This document shows positions 42,101 to 54,100 of a DNA stretch of 64,000 nt, piece by piece (position 1 is the stretch's first letter; the number at the start of each line of letters is the position of its first letter). A model generated the notes under the pieces. The model made no database searches, was not told the origin of the DNA, and saw only the letters and a program-made list of their open reading frames with translations. The DNA comes from Octopus vulgaris (lineage: Eukaryota), in assembly GCA_951406725.2 (NCBI GenBank), contig OX597815.1:16244001-16308000 (forward strand). Direction: 5' to 3'. A program made the translations under genes and the position numbers.

Positions 42101-45100
42101 TTTCATTTAATAATAGCCAATATAAATACTAGTTTGCTGATTTCTCTAGTTGCGCTTGACACGTTGTAGAGAGAAGGGGAGACAGAGTAAAGAGAGATAC
42201 AAAGAATTAAGAGGTACAAGTGAGTTAAAGGGTGCACATACTAGGCTTGGTGGCAAGCAAAGAGTAAAGAGAGATACAAAGAATTAAGAGGTACAAGTGA
42301 GTTAAAGGGTGCACATACTAGGCTTGGTGGCAAGCAAAGAGTAAAGAGAGATACAAAGAATTAAGAGGTACAAGTGAGTTAAAGGGTGCACATACTAGGC
42401 TTGGTGGCAAGCAAAGAGTAAAGAGAGATACAAAGAATTAAGAGGCACAAGTGAGTTAAAGGGTGCACATACTAGGCTTGGTGGCAAGCAAAGAGTAAAG
42501 AGAGATACAAAGAATTAAGAGGTACAAGTGAGTTAAAGGGTGCACATACTAGGCTTGGTGGCAAGCAAAGAGTGAAGCAATGCTACACAAGCACACAGTG
42601 AAAGATAACTATGGGGACAAATGAGGAGTAAGAGGGGAAGTAAATGACAGAGGAGTTACACAAATAGGCAATTTGTCTGAATTTTATTTTAAGGTAATAA
42701 ATATTTTTCTGTCAAGAATTACTATTCATTTCATTATTTTGTAAATGAACCAAGAATTTTGATAAAAGTTAAACTATAATTATCAAATGCATGTCATATT
42801 TCCTGATATTACCCATGCAAAATTATGCTTTCAAAGTTACTGAAGGTTCCATTTGCCTGCATTTCTTTTTTAAATACCCTGCAATGAATTATTTTTCTAC
42901 TTCATATTTTTTCTCTCTGTCCATTTGCTTTGTGAATATAAAAAGGGGTATATGAAATAAGCTAAAACGAGTGTAAAACTATGAATCCTTTCCATTTCCA
43001 TAAAACTACAAGAGTTTATGATTACCTACCTTAATGAAGGTGTGAAGACAGGTTGCAAGTGAGAGGCGGACACTGGTGTTATATTTTTTATCACCTTGTA
43101 ATGACCTGACAAAGAAACAACTTCATTACAACGAGAGTTTCATTTATCTGTTGAGAGGAGCAGATGAGTAAAATATTAAAAGAAAGTTATCTTAGAGTCA
43201 ATAACATGATTTCATATCTATGTGAGAATAATGAATATGTCTAACTGGTAGAAAGTGGTTGGTGGAGTGGTTGGCGTTAGAAAGGGCATCCAGCTGTAGA
43301 AACTCTGCCAGATCATACTGGAGCCTGGTGCAGCCCCTGGCTTCCCAGACCCTGTCCAACCCATGCTAGCGCGGAAAACGGACGTTTAAACGATGATGAT
43401 GATGATGATGATGGTATTAGATGACAGCCCAAAAGAGGTATATGATGGTCATTTGGATCTGAGATGGAAGTGAATGGTAGAGGTGGACATCATCATCATC
43501 ATCATCGTTTAACGTCTGCTTTCCATGCTAGCATGGGTTGGACAATTTTGACTGAGGGCTGGTGACCAGATGGCTGCACCAGGCTCTAATCTTGATCTGG
43601 CAGAGTTTCTACAGCTGGATGCCCTTCCTAACGCCAACATGTGATGATAATGGGTGGTAGTTGAAGCAGAGGTAGGTGAGGGCAATAAAGACATCTAGCA
43701 GTATGTAGAGTAAGGGTAGGTGCTGATGGTGGAATTGTAGCTAGAGTTGAAGTAGGGTATAGTAGTATGGATACATGAGGATTATTTGGTGGTTGTAATG
43801 TCACTGGGCTTAATTACATATTATGGACAGCTGTGTGATAAAGTCTCACACCCTAGCAGTTGAGGGAACATGTGGAAGAGGTAGACCCAGGAAGACCTGG
43901 GACGAGGTGGTGAAGCACGACCTTCAAACATTGGGCCTTACTGAGGCAATGACTGGTGACCGAGACCTTTGGAGATATGCTGTGCTTGAGAAGACCTGAC
44001 AAGCCAAGTGAGACTGTAGCCCATGGCCTATGCTAGTGGGTGTAACCAGCCTTCATTCATTGGACAATATTCATAAATAAGTTAATGCAGATGTAAACCA
44101 AAAGGGTAATATCCAGACAAAAAGAAAAATATCAACAACAAATGTATTAGCATGTTAAAGAATTGACTGATATAAAGTGATGTGTGAAAATTACAGGCTA
44201 TTAAAATGGTAATTTTTGTATAAAAAAATTAGATTTCAACAAAAGCAAATAACTTACCAAATAATTTTAAAGAGTTGCAGAGCATTGAGACGAATTTCTG
44301 AAATCTTTGATGTAGTGTCATGTTCTTCTCCAGATAAATGGGGCAGGATCATTGAAAGAAAGTGAATACATTTCTGGTAGATAGCTGGGTCTCGCCAATG
44401 TTGTTTCATTATGTTCCTATTTGTTAGAGAAAGACAGATAATGAGAGATAGCAGTCAAGAGTTAGGTGGTCATTGGATCACATACACATGATATTAATCT
44501 ATTTCTTTACTACCTACAAGGGGCTAAACATAGAGGGGACAAACGAGGACAGACAAACGGATTAAGTCGATTATATCCACCCCAGTGTGTAACTGGTACT
44601 TAATTTATCAACCCAAAAAGGATGAAAGGCAAAGTCGACTTCAGTGGAATTTGAAATCAGAACGTAATGACAGACAAAATACCTATTTCCTTACTACCCA
44701 CAAGGGGCTAAACGAGGACAGACAAACGGATTAAGTCGATTATATCGATCCCAGTGCGTAACTGGTACTTAATTTATCGACCTAAAAAGGATGAAAGGCA
44801 AAGTCGACTTCAGTGGAATTTGAAATCAGAACGTAACGACAGACGAAATACCTATTTCTTTACTACCCACAAGGGGCTAAACACAGAGGGGACAAACGAG
44901 GACAGACAAACGGATTAAGTCGATTATATCCACCCCAGTGTGTAACTGGTACTTAATTTATCAACCCTAAAAGGATGAAAGGCAAAGTCGACTTCAGTGG
45001 AATTTGAACTCAGAACGTAACGACAGACGAAATACCTATTTCTTTACTACCCACAAGGGGCTAAACACAGAGGGGACAAACGAGGACAGACAAACGGATT

Positions 45101-48100
45101 AAGTCGATTATATCGATCCCAGTGCGTAACTGGTACTTAATTTATCGACCTTGAAAGGATGAAAGGCAAAGTCGACTTCAGTGGAATTTGAACTCAGAAT
45201 GTAACGGCAGACGAAATACAGCTACGCATTTCGCCCGACCTGCTAACGATTCTGCCAGCTCACCACCTTGATTAGCATACACATGATGTTAATCACACAC
45301 ACGATCATGATCATGATGCACGTACAATTATATTTTGCTATTTTTGCATCTGGGTATATTTATGCTAGAGCATTCTGAAAATATGTGTGTGTGTGTGTGT
45401 GTATACAAGGCCTGGCTCTCCATCAGTTACGACAATGAGTGTTCCAGTTGAATCAATCAATGGAACAGTCTGCTCAGGAAATTAAAGTGCAAGTGGCTGA
45501 GTAATCCACAGACATGCATATACTTGACATGGTTTACATGGAGATTCAGCATGACACACAGAATGGGGCAAGGCTGGCCCCCTTTGAATTACTGGTACAA
45601 TTCAGTTTTACCAGCTGAGTGGACTGGAGCAACATGAAATAAAGTGTCTTGCTCAAGGACACCGGGAATCGAAAACGGACGTGAAACGACGACGATGATG
45701 ATGATGATGATGATGATGTCGGGTAAGGATTGGCAACAGTAAGGGAATCTAGCAGAAGAAAATCTGCTTCAATAAATTGTGTCCAACACATGAAAGCATG
45801 GAAAAGTGGATATCAAAACGATGATGATGATGATAACATGTGCACACACACACACACCTATTAGCTGCCATTTTAATTAAGTCTTACTTTTAAAAGAGTA
45901 TTAAAAAAAGTGGTAATTTTACCTGACCGTAAGCATCAAGCATTCCAGATTAGACTCAGTGAGGTGTTGGTGCGTTGAGCAAAGTGTGGAGACAATAGTT
46001 TGAAACTTGTAAGAAACAAAGATTAGAAATCAATTAGTATATACACATAGCTTGTAAACCACTCATAAACATTTTATTAAATATATTGTAACATGGCAGA
46101 ATATATTTAGCAGGATATGTAATGTGAATTTGAAAGTCAGGTTACTTATATCGAGCAAAAGGTATGTATTGTGAACCAAAGCATATCAACATCAAAAATA
46201 GGCAAACAAAAGACTGGACAAAAATCTATACCACTTACCATTTGTAAATGAAATGATTTCATGATATTGAGATTTTCCAAGATTTCCATGATTTTATTTT
46301 GGAGGTTGTCAGAAAGGTGTGACGTGTGCTGTTTGTTATAACTGTGCCACAAACACAATAGCTGCATAGTTTGGCAGCAGAGAGTTTCTTCAGGAGAAAG
46401 AACTTGAGAAAAGGCATCTGAAATGATGAAAGGATAAAAATAGAAATTGATGTAATGTGAAGTTAAAATAGACGGTAGGATAAATTAGAAATTTAAAGGT
46501 GAAGAACTGAACATAAACTAATTCATTGAATATTTGAAATGTCTGTGGCTGTGTACTGATTAGCATGTTACTATTTGCTGTTGTTCTATCCAAGCAAAAT
46601 GGTACTTATATATATAATATAATATATAATGAAATTATTGTATACAGCGCTCAAGTACACCACAATTTGTCAAAAGTGTGTATAAAGCGTATGCAGTAAT
46701 GTACAAATGTCTGGAAAGCGAACAGTGTATGAGTCAGATACATGCTTGTGTGTGTATGGAGGGGAGAAAATGAGGTGTAGTGTTGGTGAATCTCAGGAAG
46801 CATGGAAGTTTTGAAGGATGCAGTGCTCCAACAACTAACAACTGTTTGTTCCATACTTCAGCAACTCTTAGTGTGAAAAAATGTTTCCGAAAGTCATGGG
46901 AGCTGTGCTGTTTTCTGACTATTTTATCGCCTCCAGAAGTATGAAAGACAAAGCTGCTCTCGGCAGAATTTTAACTCAGAACGTAAAGACAGGTGAAATC
47001 TCACGAAGCGTTTTGTTCAGTGTATCAATGATTCTGCCAGCTCACCACAGCAGCAGCAGCAATCATCATCATTTTTTTTTTTACTTCACTTACCTGTGCT
47101 CAACAGGTACCTATTTCATTGGCCCTAAAAAGATGAAAAGTGAAGTCAACCTCAACAGAACTTGTGGAGGCGCGTGGCTTAGTGGTTAGGGTGTTGAACA
47201 TCTGATCGTAAGGTTGTGGTTTCAATTCCTGGACTGGGCGATGTGTTGTGTTCTTGAGCAAAACACTTCATTTTCACGTTGCTCCAGTCCACTCAGCTGG
47301 CAAAAATGAGTAATCCTGCGACGGACCGGCGTCCTGTCCAGGTGGGGAATTTCTACGTCACTGAAACGGGGAAACCGGCCCTTATGAGCCTGGCATGGCT
47401 CGAGAAGGAACAGCAGAATTTGAGGTCAGATCATGAAGATGAATGAAATGCCCCTTATGCATTTTGTTCAGCACGATAATGATTCTGCCAGCTTGCACCT
47501 TAATAACAATAAAAACCCTTTTTACTACAGGCACAAGTCCTGAAATTTTTCATGGGCCGGGGGGGGGGGACACAAGTTAATTATATTGACCACAACTCCA
47601 AAGGAATGAAAGACAAAGTCACCTTCAATAGAATTTAGAAAAAGGAGGAGGAGGAGATGACACAGCATAAGGACAGAGTGAGCAGCGTATATAAGCTTTC
47701 AGAAACTTTCAGAACTACCTTTCATGGCACTCTCCTTGAATTCATTATTTGCATCATCATCTTCGTCAAATATGTCATCTAGAGTATTGTTCCCTGAACA
47801 GGACGCAGGAGATTCACTTTCAAGTGTAAGAAACCTCTCTGACTGTCTATTCACAGAACTTGGAAGTATCTGGAGAAAATAGAAGAAACATTAAATATTT
47901 ACTTAGTGATAAACATTGTAAAAAGTTGTGGATCTCTGCTGGTTATTTCATAATCAACTGAATGGCCTGCTCAGGCAATCATTAGGTTGCTTCACATGAA
48001 ATGTCGTATTTGAAAGGTAACAATAAAACGCTTCAGAAGTGTTAGAGAACTGATTTATTTAATCAAAGTATGATCCATGTTCATTTATGACATTTACATA

Positions 48101-51100
48101 ATGTTTTGTCATATATTTCCTTTAAAAAAGAAATTCGTCTTTTTCCTGTGATAAACTGGCAGAATGCTTCAATTACCTCTTCTCTATTTAAGAATGTTTT
48201 ATTACTTATGAAAATTTCAAAATGCTTAAATAAGAGATGATCAGTAGGAGAGATATCAGGGGAATAGGGAGGATGTTGCAAAATCTCATAATTCAGGCTT
48301 TGCAACTTTTGGACCGTAGCTTGAGGAGTGTGAGGATGTGCATTGTTGTGGAGCAAAATTGGGCCATCTCTATTCACTAGTCTGGATTGCTTCTTTTTCA
48401 CATTCTCATGCATACAATCGATTTCTTGGCAATACAATGTTGGCATTACTGTTTTTCCTTGTTGCAAAAATGAATAATGAATAACTCCCTTTTCAGACCA
48501 CCATACAATGACCACTAGCTTTTTTAGGGTGCAATGGTGGGTTTGGGTAGTGTTTAGGTGACTCACCTGCATATAATGACCATCCTGTTCTCCTGTTGTT
48601 GTCAAAGAGTATCCATTTCTCATCATAGATAACGATTTGATGCAAAAATGGTCTTTTTCTAGTCGAGAAAGCAATAAGGAGCACCCAGTTTAATCTGTAA
48701 AGTGGCAGGCATTAAGAAAGGCATCCAGCTCTAGAAACCAAGCCAGAAATGGAATGTATATGCAGGACATGATCCCCCAACAGAACTGGGAAGGCCGTAA
48801 CTGAATAAGAACTGACTTGGAATGTGGCCAAATGTATGCCAGTATGGAAGGCAATGTAATGATGATCATGATATATCAGTATCATTTTAACATCTGTTTT
48901 TCTGCATGCAACCATGGGTTAAACAAGACTTATGAGGTAATTTTTCTATAGTCAAATCCTCTTCCTGCTGCCAACTCACCCTTCATCATCATCATCGTTT
49001 AACGTCCGTTTTCCGTGCTAGCACGGGTTGGACGGTTCGACCGGGGTCTGGGAAGCCAGGGGCTGCTCCAGGCTCCAGTCTGATCTGGCAGAGTTTCTAC
49101 GGCTGGATGCCCTTCCTAACGCCAAAAAAAAGAAGCGGTCACCCATCTAAGTACTAACTAGGCTCGATGTTGCTTAACTTGGGTGATCGGACGAGAACCA
49201 GTGCTTTCAACGTGAGGTACTATTTCTTCTGGTCCTTTATGATTTTGTAGCAGGTGATCGTTACCAGTGTCGCCTTACTGGCATTTGAGCCCCGTGCTAG
49301 TAGCGTATTAAGAGCACCATTCGAGTGTGATCGTTGCCAGAGCGGCTATCTGGCCTCTGTGCTGGTGGGACATAAAAGACACCATTCGAGTGTGATCGTT
49401 ACCAGCATCGCCTTACTGGCACCTGTGCCGGTGGCATGTGTAAAAGATTTGAGTGATGTCGTTGCCAGTACCGCCTGACTGGCACATAAAAGCACCCACT
49501 ACACTCTCAGAGTGGTTGGCGTTAGGAAGGGCATCCAGCTGTAGAAACTCTGCCAGATCAAGATTGAAGCCTGGTGCAGCCATCTGGTTCGCCAGCCCTC
49601 AGTCATTCATCCAACCCATGCTAGCATGGAATGCGGATGTTGAACGATGATATAAACAGTAACATTGTTTATGCAGTTCCAATGAATTTAATCTAAGCTA
49701 TGCAAGCATGGTAAAAGTCATTAAAACAATGACGTGAGTATGTGTGTGTGTATGGAGAGAGAAAGGAGAGTGGTGGAAGGGAAGAGGAAGTAATGATATA
49801 AGTGATTTACCTGTTCTTTGACCACAGCTATAAGACTGTCCAACACACCTTTTGGCATCAGAGAACGAACTAAGTCAAAATGCTGACATTTATAGGATTG
49901 ATCAATGTTGTCTGCAGAGAAGTATTGGCAGAGAAATGGTTCAGCTTCATTGATGTACTTGCAGCGAACTTGGACATTTCGAGCCCTATGGAAGAATTCT
50001 TCAAGTTTGGTCAGTGTTGTCTGCAGTTGGTTTGAGAGATTGGAATGTAATTCAGATAGTTCATTCATGCCTCTGTTGGCGATGTAAGCAAGGCACTTTG
50101 AAAGGAGACAGCTGATGTAAGACGCTTTCTGAATACACCAGTTCTAAACATAGATTAGAACAATAAAAATAAAACAAGGAATAAACATGTATCAGACAAA
50201 AACAACAAATGTAAACAGTTGGAAAGAAAAATTTAGAGAATCTCTTAAAATAAATGACCCAATAATACTGCTGGTGGTGTGGGGTTTTTTCTAGGGTGGT
50301 AGTGTTGCTGTTGATAGTGATGTTGCTATCCATAAAATTGGTTTTGCTATTGATTAACATGTAGTGGTGTTAGTGATGAGAATAGTGGTGATGCTATTCA
50401 TAGAGGAAGGAGTGCTGCTCTTAATGGATGTAACAATACTACTAGTAGTGATGTTGTTGAGAGCTGAGTGGAGAGAGCAGTGGTGTTGCTTTTCACAGGG
50501 ATATTGTGATTTACAGCTGTGGTTACTTGGGATCTTTTTGGTTTGAATGGCAGTTTTTTTTCTAGCGGTGTCATATGAAATTGTCACCCATAATTATGAC
50601 CCTAGTATCGATCTATTGCATTTCAATCTGTTTTAGGGTTAGGGTTAGGGGTGGGGGAAAGGGTATCTTTTTTTCTTTACAAATGTAAATAAACCCAATC
50701 TGTTTCTTAAACGAGGGACATATTCATACGGCACAGAATGTTTTTTACCTCAATGGACTTCATTGATTGGTTGAAATTGCAGAAATTGATGAAAAAAAAC
50801 AACAAATATTTTACAAACTATAGAATTTTCTCAATAAAGCCAAGAGAAAAAGATGTTCTATAAACACATTCTACCAGTTTACGAAGTTTTAAATTTTTTA
50901 GTTACCTAGAAATTATGTTAAAAACTGCCGTTCTATCCGAAAAGATCCATTACTTGTGTGCAATGGAATCAATTCCTTGAGCCTTCAGTAAAGGATTTAT
51001 AACTCAGTAGATAATGTTGCAGTTACTGGTGTTGGGGTTTTAGATTCAGGTGTGACTTTTCTGTACATACATAAGTTGCCAGTGAATGTGTAAATAATAA

Positions 51101-54100
51101 TCTTTTCTACTGGAGGCACAAAGCCTCAAATTTGGTAGTGGGGGACTAGTCAACTGCATCGACCCCAGTGCTTCACTGGTACTTAATTTACTGACCCCGA
51201 AAGGATGAAAGGCAAAGTCGACCTCAGCAGAATTTGAACTCAGAACATAGCGATGGGCGAAATACTATTAAGCATTTCATCCACTGTGCTAACAATTCTG
51301 CCAGCTAGCCACCTAATAATAATAATAACGATGATGATGATGATGATGATGAGGAGGAGGAGGACGATGATGATGATATGCAAGAAAGCTAAATTTTAAA
51401 ATTAACAACTTACATCATCTGTGTTGAGATTCTGAATGTACAAGACAAGTTTGTCAATGCGCATAAGAAAATGTTCTATCACAGTAAGTAGAGGGCACTT
51501 AGCCATGTTTTGGTCATTATTCGTTGGGACTGCCATTGTGGAAGTTAATGTCTGGTCCTCGTAAAAAGTCATCTTTAGATAAAGGGATTCCACAAGTGAA
51601 GGACTGGAGTTGGAAGCTGTACTTAGAGGCAAATGACGGCAGAATGGATCAACAGCAACAGGGCTAAGGAGGAGGGTGATGAGTAGAGAGGCAATGAGGT
51701 TACAGTCAGTCATCTCAAAGGATTGTTTCACTGATGACACAGTGCTTGTCTCCTCATCCTTATCTTCCCATGAGGGGAGTAACCAGTCGATTAATGCCTT
51801 GCGCAGAAAATACAGGTGATTGCTAGGATTGCTGCTGCTGGGACTCGTAACAACACTAACCCATCGAGTTAAAAGTTCTGACTGGTAGTACTCAGGTAAA
51901 TCATAGAAATGACAGTAAGTTGCCAGAAACTGGACAGAATCTTTGGTTGGGGTCATGTAAAACGAGGTGAAGAATTTCCAGATGTCTTCACGAAAATTTA
52001 CGCAATGGTGATGAAGAAGCGTTGACATTAGCTTGAAGTTGCTGTCTTGACAATGTTGCAGGCTTATCTTCCTGTGGAGAACAGAAATAGTGTTAGTCTA
52101 AAGGAACAACATTGCAATTGCATGGACAACTATCACAAGTATAATCATAACAACCATCAAAAACGAAGTCACAAAACGCAATTTCTAGTCCTAGATAGCA
52201 TCACAAATACTTTAGCAAAGTATCATCAGCAAAGTCATAGGAATCATTATAGTCATAGAAAGTATCATAAATGAAATTGAAGGCAGCATAAATATTCATA
52301 CGAGTTATCATAAGCAGTCAAAGAAGGAAACTTACTTGAGGCAATTATCCCAAACTTTGGTCCATATATCAGCATATTCTGTTGTCAACACAGAAGCCAA
52401 GATCTGGAGACAGCTTAGTAATAATTCTGTGACATCACATCTTTACATTAGGAGAGATAGATAGGTAAATAGTTAGATAGACAAGTTACTTGACAGATCA
52501 ATATACAGGGCAGTAGGCAGTCAGAAAAATACACAATTGGAAAGATGGACAGACAGCTAAATAAAAAATTAGACAGAAGGATAACAAGATAGACAAACAA
52601 TTAGTTAAATAAATAGATTGGATCGGATTGGATTGATGGATGGCTGGAGACACACACACACAAAACACTTCCCCAAACAGGATCCGAGCATCAATGGTCT
52701 CTATCTCTTTTGTTTCACATGAAGAATGCTTTCTAGGCATTGATGAAAATATATATGAAGGTGCTGTGAATAAAGATAGTGTGAACCAAGAAAATTACAA
52801 ACTTAGAAAACAGTATCAGTTAAAATTCTCATACAAGACAATATCCTATAATGTATTCACAGTACCAGGGCTGATACCAACATTTGGATGCTTAACTAGT
52901 CTATAGGGGAAACCCACTGAACAGACATTAAAACCAACAAGATCCTGACATCAATGGGAAATTTCCACAGAAACAGTGATATTGACAGGCTCTGAGAAGA
53001 GATGAAGAAAATAAACGCTCAAGGTCAGTGCAGACAGCCTTTAAATGTTATATAATCTCACTCAGACAGCATCTGCTAAGCAGCAACAAAAATAAATACA
53101 TAAACCTACTGCTAAAAAAGTGAAGAGAACAACATCCTACATATCAGCTGCGAGTTACTCAGGAAATACTCTCTTCCTGATGGCCTCTCAAAGAACAGTA
53201 GTACAGTATTTAGTCCTGATCTTTTTGGATTTTCAGGACTTCAATGCTCAGTGTATTTTGCTTTTTGATGATGGCAGGATATGGTTTTTAGTAGATCAAG
53301 TGGCCTTGAAGAGACTCCCATGGTTATCAATGGTACATTAATTGTAGGTAGAGATCAAATTGGTGTTACTAGTGATTAGTAGAGACAGTGTGTGATTAGT
53401 AATGATATAGTATGTGCAGCAGTGGTATAGAATGCTTAATAGTGATGTAGTATATTTGCATAGTGGTGGCATAATGTGGTCAGCGGTGATATAGTAAGGT
53501 AAGTGATGATATAGTATAGTTAGTGGTAATATAGTGTAGTTAGTGGTAATGTAGTGTAGTTAGTGGTGATACTGTGTGGTCTGTGTATAGTGGTATAGTG
53601 TAGTTAGTATAGGCACAGTGTGTCTAATTGTGATATAATTTGTTTAGTGCTGATAGAGTGCAGTTGATAATAATATAATGTGGCAAAGGATGGTAGAGTG
53701 ATTTTTAGGGGTACAGCATAGTTTGTAGTGCTTTAGCTTGATCTTATACATCCAATGAGAATAATGAAATGATGGTATAACTGTAGCATATTTTGGTAAC
53801 TTGGCAATGTTACTGCGGTAATACAGCAGTCATGTAGTTGAAATACAGTGGTAATTCAGCACAGGTAATAAAAGAAATATTTGTTAGCAGTGGTATGGTT
53901 ATTGTTATAGTTAGTATGGTGTTATACTTATTATGATTGGATAGTATATAATATGGTTAAAAGTTACACAGTGTAGTTATGGTAAAGTGTAGATATATTA
54001 ATGTTTAACGGCAACAGAGTGCTGTCAGTAATACCTATTTCTTTATTACCCACAAGGGGCTAAACATAGAGGGGACAAACATGGACAGACATAGGTATTA

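Noticed and set aside
49133-49214. Functional 5S rRNA gene
   Set aside because: Both ends that form helix I are missing and there are several substitutions.
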